Source of the DNA: Promethearchaeota archaeon | Lineage (GTDB): Archaea > Asgardarchaeota > Lokiarchaeia > Sigyniarchaeales > SOKP01 | DNA: 64,000 nt | Direction of reading: 5' to 3' | Assembly (NCBI GenBank): GCA_019058365.1 | Contig: JAHPZE010000008.1 | Span: 1 to 64,000, forward strand | Shown here: positions 1 through 11,240 of the stretch, in pieces | How the letters are laid out: every line of letters starts with the position of its first letter | Position numbering within the stretch: position 1 is the stretch's first letter | Translations under genes and position numbers: made by a program | Notes under the pieces: model-generated | What the model was told of the DNA's origin: nothing | The model's database searches: none | Seen by the model: only the letters and a program-made list of their open reading frames with translations

Positions 1-200
1 TATATAAAAAGTCAATGTTCAATAGGATTTAGAGATCTACTTCCTTTGGTACTGTCTTTATTTTATTCCACACTATATAAAATGCATTTTTAAAGTAAAT
101 AAGTTATAAATTAATAAACATAAATATAACCAGATTATATTAATTTTTAAAGTATAAGTGATAATATTTCTAAAATACTGTTGAAATTAAAATAAAAAAA

Positions 201-1934
201 ATGGCAATTTCAGAAAATGAAATAGATGCATTGGAGATATTAAAAAATCAAATAGGAGAATCGATATTAGAAATTTCTAAAATAGAACGCTACTCACTTG
301 GATATTATGCAGAAAATGGGCATATTACTGGTTTAAGTTTATATTCCTGTGGTTTATCAGAAATACCAAAAGAAATTGGACTATTTTCTTCGCTTAAAGA
401 GTTATATTTTAGAGGTAATAATTTAAGCTCGGTAGCTGAAGAATTATTTTCTCTCCTTCGTCTTGAGATTTTAGATTTAAGTGAAAATCATTTAGTAGAA
501 TTACCAGACTTAATTAGTTTACTTTCTTCACTTAGAGAACTACATTTAGAGACGAATCAATTAATAATTTTACCTGAAACAATTGGCTCTCTCACATCTT
601 TGGAAATTTTAGATTTAAGTGAAAATAAGTTAAAAAATATCCCAAATTCAATTGGTCAGATGCAAAAATTAAAAACTTTAGATTTAAGCGGCAATAGAAT
701 TGTGGAATTACCTACAACCATAGGAATGCTGAATTCTTTGGAAATTCTTTTTCTAGGAAACAATAAATTAATTAAGCTTCCCGATTCAATTACCCAACTA
801 ACTTCACTTAAAAGATTAAATTTAAGAAATAATAAAATAACTCATCTTCCCGAAGCAATAGGTAATCTTTCATCATTAACATCTCTTTTTTTAAAGGGAA
901 ATAATTTGGATAAATTACCAAAATCTATAGGGGAATTACAAAATTTAATTTACCTAGGTTTAACTTCAAATCATTTAACTCATCTTCCCGAGAATATCGG
1001 CTCAATATTTTCTCTTGAAAATCTCAGTGTCTCAAGTAATAAGTTAGTTAAACTTCCTGATTCAATAGGTTCTCTTAAATCATTATTAAGGCTTGAGATA
1101 TCTGATAATAATTTAAATATGATACCAGAATCGATTGGTAGGCTTTCATCGCTTAAAATATTACGATGCGGGCGTAATAATTTAATAAATATTCCAGATT
1201 CAATTGGTAATCTTAGAACACTTGAAACATTAAAGCTTAATATTAATAAACTAATAGAATTACCTAATTCAATTGGATTTTTAAAATCTCTAAAAGAATT
1301 AAATTTATATGATAATCAATTAGAGAATTTGCCAGAAAGTATTGGATCTCTCTCTTCTCTTGAAATATTGGATCTAAGTAAGAACCAATTAAAAAATCTT
1401 CCAGAATCAATAGGTTCATTAACATCACTCTTAGAATTAGATCTTTCAACAAATAAGCTAGAAGTGATCCCACAAACGATTGGTTCACTTCCTATACTAA
1501 AAACCCTAATCCTTGGTTTTAATAAATTAAAAATGATTCCTAAATCGTTAGGTTTCCTTACAACACTCGAAGTGTTGGATTTAGGGAAAAACATGTTAAT
1601 TTCAATTCCAGAAACAATAGGTTCTCTTACGTCTCTTAAACATCTATACTTATATTATAACGAATTGGAAATGATTCCGGAATCAGTTGGTTCATTAAAA
1701 TCTTTAAAATATTTATATTTAGGCAATAATAAATTATCAAATCTTCCTGAATCTATAGGAAGACTTAAAACTTTAAAATATCTTTTTCTACGATCTAACT
1801 ATTTGACTGAATTACCAGAGTCACTAGAATCATTACGTTTTCTTCAATATTTAAATATCGAAAAGAATAATCTGAAAGGATATTTAGATTTTTTACATAA
1901 ATTAGAACTTAGAGGGATCAAAATCCTTAAGTAA
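201..1934 (+). CDS. Leucine-rich repeat protein (about 22 regular 23-aa LRRs, SHOC2/RSU1-like class)
   Basis: Repeats of LxxLxLxxNxLxxLPxxIGxLxx across almost the whole protein; short N-terminal cap; no signal peptide or TM segment. Confidence 0.95.
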   Translation: MAISENEIDALEILKNQIGESILEISKIERYSLGYYAENGHITGLSLYSCGLSEIPKEIGLFSSLKELYFRGNNLSSVAEELFSLLRLEILDLSENHLVELPDLISLLSSLRELHLETNQLIILPETIGSLTSLEILDLSENKLKNIPNSIGQMQKLKTLDLSGNRIVELPTTIGMLNSLEILFLGNNKLIKLPDSITQLTSLKRLNLRNNKITHLPEAIGNLSSLTSLFLKGNNLDKLPKSIGELQNLIYLGLTSNHLTHLPENIGSIFSLENLSVSSNKLVKLPDSIGSLKSLLRLEISDNNLNMIPESIGRLSSLKILRCGRNNLINIPDSIGNLRTLETLKLNINKLIELPNSIGFLKSLKELNLYDNQLENLPESIGSLSSLEILDLSKNQLKNLPESIGSLTSLLELDLSTNKLEVIPQTIGSLPILKTLILGFNKLKMIPKSLGFLTTLEVLDLGKNMLISIPETIGSLTSLKHLYLYYNELEMIPESVGSLKSLKYLYLGNNKLSNLPESIGRLKTLKYLFLRSNYLTELPESLESLRFLQYLNIEKNNLKGYLDFLHKLELRGIKILK

Positions 1935-2074
1935 TTCTTTCTTTTAAAAATCGTTCTTTTTGTTCTATCAAAAAAGCTTCTCAATCTATAAGAAATCAAC
2001 CTATGAAATTTGTTTTAGTAAGTAGCAACTATAAAATAATATGATTTATATATTAAACGGAGTTAGATAAAACT

Positions 2075-4102
2075 ATGGATATTTCTAAAGCTATGAAAAT
2101 CAAATTACCAGATGAGTTGCCACATTATCCTAAATTCATTGATACTATAAGAAGAGCACCATCTAGAGGTTATAATTTAACTCAAGATCAAACAAAATTA
2201 GCTCTAAAAAATGCGTTAAGATATATACCTCCTCACCTCCATGATGAATTAGCAACTGAATTCTTAGAGGAATTAGTATCGAGAGGAAGAATATATGGGT
2301 ATAGATATAGACCTGAAGGAAATATTAAAGCAAAATCAATTTATGAATATAATGGAAAAATTATTGAAGGAAAAGCTCTACAAGTAATGATTGATAATAA
2401 TCTTGATTTTGATGTTGCCCTTTATCCATATGAATTAACAACATATGGTGAAACTGGGCAAGTTTTTCAAAATTGGATGCAATATCGATTAGTAAAAATG
2501 TATTTAGAACAATTAACTGAAAATCAAACACTAGTTTTAGCATCTGGCCATCCAGTTGGGCTTTTCCCTACCCCATCTAATACTCCAAGAGTAGTCTCTA
2601 CAAATGGATTAATGGTTGGCATGTTCGACAATCAAGACGATTTTGCTACAGCTGCAGCTTTGGGTGTAACTAATTATGGACAAATGACCGCAGGGGGATG
2701 GATGTATATAGGGCCTCAAGGAATTATTCACGGGACATATATTACCTTGTTAAATGCAGGAAGATTATATCTCAACATTCCACAGGATAAAGATTTAAAA
2801 GGAGTTTTATATATCTCATCTGGACTTGGTGGAATGAGCGGAGCACAAGCAAAAGCGATTGAAATTGCTGGAGGAATTGGAGTTATTGCAGAAGTTGATG
2901 AATCAAGAATTAAGACTAGGTATGAACAAGGATGGGTTTCCCGAATTTCTGATGATCTAAGAGAAATTTTTGAATGGGTCGATAATGCTAGAAAAACAAA
3001 AAGACCTTTATCTATAGCATACAATGGAAATATCGTTGATTTATGGAAATATGTTGTCGAAAATGGTATTAAAGTAGAATTGGCTTCGGATCAAACTTCT
3101 TGTCATGCGGTTTATGATGGAGGGTATACTCCATTTCAACTTAGTTTTAAAGAAGGTAGAGAGTTAATAAAAACTAACATTCAAGGATTTAAGCAATTAG
3201 TTGATGAATCATTGAAAGAACAATTTGAATTGATAAAAATTATGACAAAAAGAGGTACCTATTTCTGGGATTATGGTAATTCTTTTATGAAGGCTGTTTT
3301 TGATGCCGGAGTAGATGAAATTGCTAAAATTAAGAATAATCCTGCCGAAGGATTTATTTTTCCATCTTATGTGGAAGATATAATGGGACCTATATGTTTT
3401 GATTATGGTTATGGACCATTTAGATGGGTATGTCTTTCTGGAAGAGATCAGGATTTAGATAAAACTGATCAAGTCGCAATGAATTCTATTAATCCAGAAA
3501 GGAGTGCTCAAGATAGAGATAACTATATATGGATAAAAGATGCAAAAAAGAATAATTTAGTAGTGGGTACAAAAGCCAGAATATTATACGCAGATGCTAA
3601 AGAAAGAATAGATATTGCTTTAAAATTTAATGAATTAGTTAGGAAAGGAGAAATCGGGCCAATAATGTTAGGTAGAGATCATCATGATGTTTCTGGAACA
3701 GATTCTCCTTTTAGAGAAACGTCAAATATTAGAGACGGAAGTAATATAATGGCAGAAATGGCAGTTCATTGTTTTACTGGTAATGCAATTCGTGGTATGA
3801 CATACGTAGTTTTATCAAATGGAGGTGGGGTTGGTATTGGAAAATGTTTTAATGGAGGTTTTGGATTAGTTTTAGATGGTTCTGAAAAAGTTGATAAAAT
3901 TATCAAATCAGCTATAGAATGGGATGTAATGGGAGGTATAGCAAGAAGAAGCTGGGCTAGAAACAGTAATGCTTTTGAGACGGCTTATACTTGGAATATC
4001 GAAAATGAAAATAGAGGACATTTAACATTGCCTTTTATAGCAGATGATAAAGATTTAGATAATATTATTGGTAATTATTTAAAAAACTCAAATAAAAAAT
4101 AA
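2075..4102 (+). CDS. hutU: Urocanate hydratase (long ~675-aa form)
   Basis: Motifs YGQMTAGGWMYIGPQGI, GLGGMSGAQ, SDQTSCH, GPFRWVCLSG, GRDHHDVSG, NGGGVG; adjacent to hutH and hutI. Confidence 0.96.
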   Translation: MDISKAMKIKLPDELPHYPKFIDTIRRAPSRGYNLTQDQTKLALKNALRYIPPHLHDELATEFLEELVSRGRIYGYRYRPEGNIKAKSIYEYNGKIIEGKALQVMIDNNLDFDVALYPYELTTYGETGQVFQNWMQYRLVKMYLEQLTENQTLVLASGHPVGLFPTPSNTPRVVSTNGLMVGMFDNQDDFATAAALGVTNYGQMTAGGWMYIGPQGIIHGTYITLLNAGRLYLNIPQDKDLKGVLYISSGLGGMSGAQAKAIEIAGGIGVIAEVDESRIKTRYEQGWVSRISDDLREIFEWVDNARKTKRPLSIAYNGNIVDLWKYVVENGIKVELASDQTSCHAVYDGGYTPFQLSFKEGRELIKTNIQGFKQLVDESLKEQFELIKIMTKRGTYFWDYGNSFMKAVFDAGVDEIAKIKNNPAEGFIFPSYVEDIMGPICFDYGYGPFRWVCLSGRDQDLDKTDQVAMNSINPERSAQDRDNYIWIKDAKKNNLVVGTKARILYADAKERIDIALKFNELVRKGEIGPIMLGRDHHDVSGTDSPFRETSNIRDGSNIMAEMAVHCFTGNAIRGMTYVVLSNGGGVGIGKCFNGGFGLVLDGSEKVDKIIKSAIEWDVMGGIARRSWARNSNAFETAYTWNIENENRGHLTLPFIADDKDLDNIIGNYLKNSNKK

Positions 4103-4189
4103 ATCGATTTAAATTGTTTAAAAAATTTAAATGGAAGAATGTCTAACTTTTAGATTAGTCTAATAATTATAGTCAGAAAGTGAATCATA

Positions 4190-5695
4190 ATGAACAATAA
4201 TTTTAGATATGGAGTGGATAAATTAACCGTAGGAAAAGCTTTAGAAATATCAAGAGGTTCTATTAAAGCTATTCTAACTGAAGAGGTAAAAGAACGAATT
4301 CTTCAAAATTACAAGGCTGTTCAATCAATTGCTAATGGAGAAAAATTAGTTTATAGTATTAATACAGGATTTGGGCCTCTATGTAGAACTAGGATATCAA
4401 AAGAAGAAACAGGAAAATTACAGGAAAATCTTCTTAAAAGCCATAGTGTAGGTGTTGGATCACCTATAGAATCTGAAATATCAAAACTGATGTTAATACT
4501 AAAAGTTCATGCATTATGTATGGGATATTCTGGAATTTCTCTTAAAGTAGTAGAAAGAATTTGTTGGCATATTAATAATAATTTTATCCCATTAGTTCCT
4601 AAGCAGGGTTCAGTTGGTGCATCTGGAGATTTAGCACCATTAGCTCATTTATTTTTACCATTAATTGGATTAGGATTTTTAACCCAAGATAGCAAAAATT
4701 ATACACCAACCGAGAAAATATTAACCGAACGAAAGATGAATCCTCTAAAGCTTCACGCAAAGGAGGGTTTAGCTTTAATTAATGGCACACAATTTATTTC
4801 CGCATATGGGGTAAAAATATCCGAAAAATTTTCAAATTGTCTAGATCATGCTGATCTTATTAGTGCTTTAACGCTTGAGGGTTATTTAGGTTCACCTCAA
4901 CCTTTTGTAGAGAAATTGATACAATTACGACCCCATAGGGGAGCAATAATAGTTGCAAATAGAATTAGAAAATTTCTGGAGAATTCTCAATTTGTTGAGT
5001 CTCACAAAGATTGTGAACGTGTTCAAGACCCTTATTCTATTAGATGTATCCCACAAGTCCATGGGGCTTCTAGAGATGCTTTATTGCATTTGAATGAAAA
5101 ATTAGAATGTGAGCTTAATTCTATTACAGATAATCCGATTATTTTTAGTGAACAGGAATCCTATAGTGGGGGCAACTTTCATGGACAACCTCTTGCTCTT
5201 CCTTTAGATTATATATGCTTAGCAGCATCAGAACTGGGTAATATATCTGATCGACGAATTTTCTTATTACTAGAAGGAAAATGGGGGTTACCTTCAAATT
5301 TAATTGAGAAGGCAGGTTTGAACTCAGGATTTATGATGACACAGTATACATCAGCAGCTTTAGTTAGTGAAAATAAATCATTTTGCTTTCCAGCAAGTGC
5401 AGATAGTATTCCTACAGGAGGAGGACAAGAAGATCATGTAAGTATGGCTCCCATAAGTGCAAGAAAAGCTTTTAAAATATTAAATAATCTAGAAAAAATA
5501 CTTGCAATTGAACTTTTATGTGCTGCTCAAGCATTTGATTTTAGGAGACCATTGAAATCTAGCATAATTCTAGAAGAATGTCATAAATACATACGAAATC
5601 GAATACCTCATATCAATGAAGATACTATTTTATCCGAATATATTAACTCCGCATTAGATATAATCAAAAGTAATGAATTATTAAAAATCTCGTAA
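4190..5695 (+). CDS. hutH: Histidine ammonia-lyase
   Basis: MIO motif GSVGASGDLAPLAH, YSINTGFG, KEGLALING, VQDPYSIRC, GGNFHGQP. Confidence 0.97.
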   Translation: MNNNFRYGVDKLTVGKALEISRGSIKAILTEEVKERILQNYKAVQSIANGEKLVYSINTGFGPLCRTRISKEETGKLQENLLKSHSVGVGSPIESEISKLMLILKVHALCMGYSGISLKVVERICWHINNNFIPLVPKQGSVGASGDLAPLAHLFLPLIGLGFLTQDSKNYTPTEKILTERKMNPLKLHAKEGLALINGTQFISAYGVKISEKFSNCLDHADLISALTLEGYLGSPQPFVEKLIQLRPHRGAIIVANRIRKFLENSQFVESHKDCERVQDPYSIRCIPQVHGASRDALLHLNEKLECELNSITDNPIIFSEQESYSGGNFHGQPLALPLDYICLAASELGNISDRRIFLLLEGKWGLPSNLIEKAGLNSGFMMTQYTSAALVSENKSFCFPASADSIPTGGGQEDHVSMAPISARKAFKILNNLEKILAIELLCAAQAFDFRRPLKSSIILEECHKYIRNRIPHINEDTILSEYINSALDIIKSNELLKIS

Positions 5696-5708
5696 AAAAT
5701 TTAAGAGA

Positions 5709-7034
5709 TTGATCAAGCTGTTTGTAACATCAACATATTCAAAAAAAGAAGTTTTTACTAGTGTTGATCCAGATTTAGTTGTATACAACTGTAATGAACT
5801 TGTTACTATGAACTCAAAATATGGCGCTCCAAGATTATACGGAGATATGTCCAAATTAGCAATTATTAATGATGGAGCAGTCGCAATTAAGGATGATAGA
5901 ATTATTTTTATAGGTACAACTGATGAATTAATATCAAAATTTGAATTTGGGAAAATCTCTATCAAGATAGATGCCACAAATAAGCTGGTTACTCCCGGAT
6001 TTATCGATCCGCATACTCACATTATTTTTGATGGTACACGAGAAAATGAATTATCAATGAAACTTGAGGGGAAGACATATATTGACATTTTAAAAGCGGG
6101 AGGAGGAATTTTAAAGACTGTTCACAAAACTAGACAAGCACCATTAGAAAAATTAGTTGAAAATGGTAAGAAAATCTTAGATAGAATGATGTTATACGGG
6201 ACAACTACAGTAGAGACGAAATCTGGTTATGGCTTAACTACTGAAAGTGAAATTAAACAATTAAGAGCTATAAAAATTTTAAATAAACAACACCCATTAG
6301 ATATAATTCCAACCTTTCTGGGAGCACACACAATACCTCCGGAATATAAAGATAAAAGTGATGACTATGTTAGACTAATTATCTCAGAAATGATTCCTAA
6401 AATTGCGAAAGAAAATCTTGCTGAATATTGTGATGTTTTTTGTGAAGAAGGGATTTTTACAAGAAAACAAACAAAAAAAGTATTGAAAACAGCTATTAGA
6501 TACGGTTTAAAACCTCAGATTCACATTGATGAGATTGTGGATACAAATGGTGCATTATTGGCTTCTGAAATAAAGGCAATTCAAACAGGCCATTTACTTA
6601 AATCTAATGATGAAGGTTTAAAAGCTATGGCAGAAACGGGAGTTATCGCTACACTCTTGCCAGGAACACCATTTTGTTTAATGTTAGATGACTATGCACC
6701 TGCAAGAAAAATGATAGAATTAGGAATACCTATTGCTCTAGCAACTGATCTTAATCCAAATTGCTGGACAGAATCAATGCAAATGATAATTGCTTTAGCT
6801 TGCTATCATATGAAGCTCTCACCGGCAGAAGCACTCACAGCAGCAACTATTAATAGCGCGTGTGCAGTTCAAAGACAAGATGAGATTGGGAGTCTTGAAA
6901 TTGGAAAAAAAGCAGATTTAATAGTTTTTGATGTACCTAATCACCAATTCTTACCTTATCATTTTGGCGTAAACTTAGCATTAAAAGTAATAAAAAATGG
7001 AAAAATAGTAGTTGATAACGATTTCTCAACTTAA
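5709..7034 (+). CDS. hutI: Imidazolonepropionase (amidohydrolase)
   Basis: PGFIDPHTH, GGGILKTV, ETKSGYGL, TFLGAH, DVFCEEG, ALATDLNP; TTG start is uncertain. Confidence 0.95.
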   Translation: MIKLFVTSTYSKKEVFTSVDPDLVVYNCNELVTMNSKYGAPRLYGDMSKLAIINDGAVAIKDDRIIFIGTTDELISKFEFGKISIKIDATNKLVTPGFIDPHTHIIFDGTRENELSMKLEGKTYIDILKAGGGILKTVHKTRQAPLEKLVENGKKILDRMMLYGTTTVETKSGYGLTTESEIKQLRAIKILNKQHPLDIIPTFLGAHTIPPEYKDKSDDYVRLIISEMIPKIAKENLAEYCDVFCEEGIFTRKQTKKVLKTAIRYGLKPQIHIDEIVDTNGALLASEIKAIQTGHLLKSNDEGLKAMAETGVIATLLPGTPFCLMLDDYAPARKMIELGIPIALATDLNPNCWTESMQMIIALACYHMKLSPAEALTAATINSACAVQRQDEIGSLEIGKKADLIVFDVPNHQFLPYHFGVNLALKVIKNGKIVVDNDFST

Positions 7035-7038
7035 TTTC

Positions 7039-7956
7039 TTAAAAATCAAAATAATATTCTAATAAATGTTTTTCTTCTAGTTTATCAGGTTTATCAAGTT
7101 GCAAGTAATATTCTAATGAGTTCAGAACCGCACCTAGTGGCAATACACCTACTAACTCAGAACCTATTATTGATACTCCATATCGAGCAGCCTCTATCTT
7201 TACTAATTCCATTTGTCTATATAATGGAGTTTTTCTATAATTTATATTTGAAATTCCGACTTGTACATAATCTCGATTTGCCAGTTCTGTACCCATCGCT
7301 TTTATATTTACCAGTCCACCAGAATGTAAATGAATACACTTGGCAACTTTTCTCGCAATTGCAACATCTTTAGTATCTAAATTAATATTAAAGCTTATTA
7401 ATGGATTTCTTGCTCCAGTTACTAATGCACCAGCTGTAGGATGAAACTCAGATGGACCAAAATCAGGTTGTCGTTCTGGATCCGTTTTGATAGCGTCTTT
7501 AAGTTTTTCATATTCTCCCTTACGAATATTATCAATATTTTTTCTCTCCATTTTCCGAGCAGATTCTTCATAAAGGTACACGGGTATTCCTTCTTTTGCC
7601 ATGGTTTCAGCAAACTTTACTGATAATTCTATACATTCTTCCATTGTAACATTTTGCGCTGGTACAAAAGGAACTACATCAACAGCACCAATTCGAGGAT
7701 GTTGGCCTTTATGTGCATTCATATCAATTAATTCAATCGCTTTTTTAGCAGCATCGATATTTGCCTTTAAAACAGCTTCAGGAGTTCCAACAAAAGTGAT
7801 GACCGCTCTATTATAATCAGAATCATATTCAACATCTACAATACGAGTATTAGGGGTATTTTTTATCTCAGAAACAATTAAATCAATTTTTTCACTGTTC
7901 TGACCTTCACTATAATTAGGAATCGACTCAACAATTTTCTTTTTACCTTTTTCCAT
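7039..7956 (-). CDS. ftcD: Glutamate formimidoyltransferase (stand-alone FTCD N-terminal domain)
   Basis: ESIPNYSEG, DSDYNRAVITFVG, GQHPRIGAVDVVPFVP, IPVYLYEESA, PDFGP; convergent on hutI with a 4-bp gap. Confidence 0.92.
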   Translation of the reverse strand: MEKGKKKIVESIPNYSEGQNSEKIDLIVSEIKNTPNTRIVDVEYDSDYNRAVITFVGTPEAVLKANIDAAKKAIELIDMNAHKGQHPRIGAVDVVPFVPAQNVTMEECIELSVKFAETMAKEGIPVYLYEESARKMERKNIDNIRKGEYEKLKDAIKTDPERQPDFGPSEFHPTAGALVTGARNPLISFNINLDTKDVAIARKVAKCIHLHSGGLVNIKAMGTELANRDYVQVGISNINYRKTPLYRQMELVKIEAARYGVSIIGSELVGVLPLGAVLNSLEYYLQLDKPDKLEEKHLLEYYFDF

Positions 7957-8008
7957 AAAAAAAACCTATATTAAATAATGAGTTCTTATTTGAAATAATA
8001 TGAACAAA

Positions 8009-9271
8009 TCATAATGAATATTTCTTTTTATAATATGTTTTGTCAGTAAATACATAAACCTTATCTTTTCCATTTCCAATGACGTTATCATTTACTTCAA
8101 GTTCAACAATAACTTTTTTCTTTTTCATGCCTCTTGGGGATTTATTAACCCTTTTTTCTTGATACATAATTTTTTCAACTTTTTGATGAATATAAGTGTC
8201 TGTATCTTTACCCATAATGATTATATCGTCATTTATCGAGATATATCCATTATCCAGCGAAACTGATGCAAGATTAGGTTTTTTTTCGTATTTTTCAACC
8301 TGTCCGATTCTTATATATCTATAATGAGATAAATTTGTTGGTGATTTATGTTGATGATCCTTTTCGGTCATTCTGTTAAAATAAAAACCAGAAGTAAACC
8401 CTCTATTATAAACTTTCTTTAATTCTGTAACCCATTGTCCTACTTTCTTTTTAGTGAATGTATCGTTATAATACGCTTCTATAGCATCTCGGTATATTTT
8501 AGAAACGATCTCTACATAATGTGGATGACGCATTCTTCCCTCTATTTTAAAGCTATCGATTCCTGCTTCAATTAATTGAGGGATATAAGCTATAGTGCAT
8601 AAATCTCTTGAATTCATGAATCTTATTCCATCATAAATATACTCATTGCCTGATTCTTCACGAACCCACCATTTTCTTCTACAAGGTTGCTCACAATTTC
8701 CTCTGTTGGCTGATTTATCAGCAGTTCCACAAATATCTTGAGAAAAATAACATCTTCCACTAATCGATGTACACATTGCTCCATGAATAAACACTTCAAC
8801 TTTTGTTTTTGTTAGATTTCGTTTAATTTCTTTAATCTTTTCTAGTGATAACTCCCTAGCTAAAATAATTCGCTCAGCACCTAGTTCTTCATAAAATCTA
8901 GCTGATAAAGAGTTAGATACATTACATTGAGTAGAAATATGAAAGAGGATTCCAAACTCTTTAGCAATTTGAATTACTGCTAAATCATGTACAATTACGG
9001 CATCAATCCCAGCTTCCTTCCCATTTTCGATAGTGTCCCTAACATCTTTTATTTCATTATCATATATTAAAATATTTGTCGCTAAATATGCTTTCAAATT
9101 GTTATCATGACAATAATCGATGATCTTGGGTAAATCATTTAAAGCAATATTATCAGATCTCATCCGCATATTGAATCTTTCAACACCAAAGTAAATAGAA
9201 TCTGCATATTTTGAAGCTGCTTTTATTGCCTTAAAGTTTTTCGCGGGTGCTAATAACTCTACTTTTTTCAA
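8009..9271 (-). CDS. Peptidase U32-family Fe-S protein (TrhP/RlhA-like, probable RNA hydroxylation)
   Basis: ELLAPA, HISTQCNVSN, RIILARELSL, EVFIHGAMCTSISGRC, NRGNCEQPCR, SFKIEGRMR. Confidence 0.9.
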   Translation of the reverse strand: MKKVELLAPAKNFKAIKAASKYADSIYFGVERFNMRMRSDNIALNDLPKIIDYCHDNNLKAYLATNILIYDNEIKDVRDTIENGKEAGIDAVIVHDLAVIQIAKEFGILFHISTQCNVSNSLSARFYEELGAERIILARELSLEKIKEIKRNLTKTKVEVFIHGAMCTSISGRCYFSQDICGTADKSANRGNCEQPCRRKWWVREESGNEYIYDGIRFMNSRDLCTIAYIPQLIEAGIDSFKIEGRMRHPHYVEIVSKIYRDAIEAYYNDTFTKKKVGQWVTELKKVYNRGFTSGFYFNRMTEKDHQHKSPTNLSHYRYIRIGQVEKYEKKPNLASVSLDNGYISINDDIIIMGKDTDTYIHQKVEKIMYQEKRVNKSPRGMKKKKVIVELEVNDNVIGNGKDKVYVFTDKTYYKKKYSL

Positions 9272-9431
9272 GATTTTTTCTAATAATTTTAGTGAATATG
9301 ATACTCTTTAATAGAAGTTAAAAATAATACTAAGATAAAATTTGGTTTAATTAATTTAGATCCTATTAATTCTTATGACTTTATATATTATAAAACTTTA
9401 AGATTAAAAAAAAATTTCAGATTTTAATCTT

Positions 9432-10520
9432 ATGATAGAAAAAAATGAAAGTAGTTTTCTATTTTGGTTAAGAAAATATAAAAATCTAATAATTGGAATT
9501 ACTACAATTATTTTAATTATATTTATGGCTTTTATTGTAGATTTTCCTCGATTAATCTCTAAAATAATTGCTATTGGAGTTTGGGGAACTATTCTATTTA
9601 TTATTACCTATACAATTGCATTTATAGTCCGAGCTTATAAGCTAAAACTAATATTCAAAAATTTAAATTTAAAAGTTAAATATTCCACGTGTTATTTTTC
9701 ATTGGGAATTTCATTTGTTATCAATGATTTAACCCCTGGAAAGATGGGAGATATAGCAAAAATGTTTTTTATAAAGGATAAAGAAGATATCAGACTTAGT
9801 GATTCAGTCTGTAGTATTGCTATAGAACGTATTTTAGATTTAATTTTATTATTTTCGATTAGCATTTTTGCTCTGATTTTCCTATACATTAGCAATATAA
9901 ATGATATCAACCAAAAAATTCTTTTAGGTCAAAGTATACAATTTTATCTAATTTTTGGTGCGATTATAATAATTGGGATTTTGATTTTGTTAATCCTTAT
10001 AATATATAAAACAGATTTTTTCGTGCGTATTGTTAGTAAAGTTTCATTAAAATTATCCAATCTTATTAAAAGATTTTTAAAGAATTTTAAAAGTGGAATA
10101 AGGAATTTTAAAAGTAATAAAAGAGGATTACTAAATATTATTTTACTTGGATTCCCAACTTGGATAATTGATGCTGCAATTGCAATATTCTTTTTTTACT
10201 TGTTAGGTTATCGCTTAAATATAATAATTATAATTTTAGCTACACTTTTAACCTTCTTTAGTAAAACATTTCCAATAACACCTGGTGGTTGGATTGTGTC
10301 CGAAAATATTGGAGCATTATTTGTATTTATTTTCTATGCACCTGAACTTGAGTTCTTGGAAATATTATCTATATTTATTATTGATCATTCATTTAGAAGT
10401 GCTTATCTTTTCTTTTTTGGTGGTTATTCAATATTTCATTATAATTTTAAATTGAGAGATTTAGAAAAATTAAATAACTCGGAAATCAAGATCCAAAATA
10501 ATTCAAATAATATTATCTAA
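9432..10520 (+). CDS. UPF0104/lysylphosphatidylglycerol-synthase-TM (flippase-like) membrane protein
   Basis: About 8 hydrophobic helices; NDLTPGKMGDIAK, ERILD and PITPGGW motifs. Confidence 0.8.
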   Translation: MIEKNESSFLFWLRKYKNLIIGITTIILIIFMAFIVDFPRLISKIIAIGVWGTILFIITYTIAFIVRAYKLKLIFKNLNLKVKYSTCYFSLGISFVINDLTPGKMGDIAKMFFIKDKEDIRLSDSVCSIAIERILDLILLFSISIFALIFLYISNINDINQKILLGQSIQFYLIFGAIIIIGILILLILIIYKTDFFVRIVSKVSLKLSNLIKRFLKNFKSGIRNFKSNKRGLLNIILLGFPTWIIDAAIAIFFFYLLGYRLNIIIIILATLLTFFSKTFPITPGGWIVSENIGALFVFIFYAPELEFLEILSIFIIDHSFRSAYLFFFGGYSIFHYNFKLRDLEKLNNSEIKIQNNSNNII

Positions 10521-10534
10521 TACTAGTTAGAATA

Positions 10535-11239
10535 ATGGATTACATAGATTATATTGAGGGCCAAACTGAACAAAATTTTTGGTTTAAAAGTAAGAAACGT
10601 CTTATTAATATCTTATTATTGAAGATGAATCTCAAGAATTTAAAAATCTTAAATATTGGAGCGGGTACAGGGGCAGATTTAGATATTTTAAATCACTATG
10701 GAGATATTTTTATATGTGATATAAATAAAAGAGCTTTAAACTTAATACCTAAGGATTTATTCAAAGAGAAAAAAGTTTGTAGTGCTACAAATTTACAATA
10801 TCCTGACGAACAATTTGATGTAGTATGTTCATTTGATGTTTTTGAACACATAGAAGATGACAAAAAAGTGGTAACTGAAGTTTATCGTGTTTTAAAGAAA
10901 GGTGGTTTCTTATTTTTTACTGTTCCAGCTTTTAATTTTTTATTTAGTGCCCATGACAAGGCTTTAAAACACGTCCGAAGATACAACAAGAAAACAATGT
11001 ACCAACTTCTAAACAATTTTAGAGATATAGAAATTAGTTACTGGAATTCTTTCTTATTTATTCCTTTTGCTATTTTACGGTTTTTGAAAAAGAAATCAAA
11101 ACCAAAGACTGATTATTTTAATTTGCCTTCACTAATAGAAAAAGTATTTTTAAAAATATTAACTGTCGAAAATCGGATAATTAAAAATGGATATAAATTA
11201 CCCTTAGGGTTATCCTTAATTGGATATTGTAAAAAATGA
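10535..11239 (+). CDS. Class I SAM-dependent methyltransferase
   Basis: ILNIGAGTG, FDVVCSFDVFEHI, VLKKGG, TVPAF...HD...HVRRY. Confidence 0.9.
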   Translation: MDYIDYIEGQTEQNFWFKSKKRLINILLLKMNLKNLKILNIGAGTGADLDILNHYGDIFICDINKRALNLIPKDLFKEKKVCSATNLQYPDEQFDVVCSFDVFEHIEDDKKVVTEVYRVLKKGGFLFFTVPAFNFLFSAHDKALKHVRRYNKKTMYQLLNNFRDIEISYWNSFLFIPFAILRFLKKKSKPKTDYFNLPSLIEKVFLKILTVENRIIKNGYKLPLGLSLIGYCKK

Positions 11240-11240
11240 A

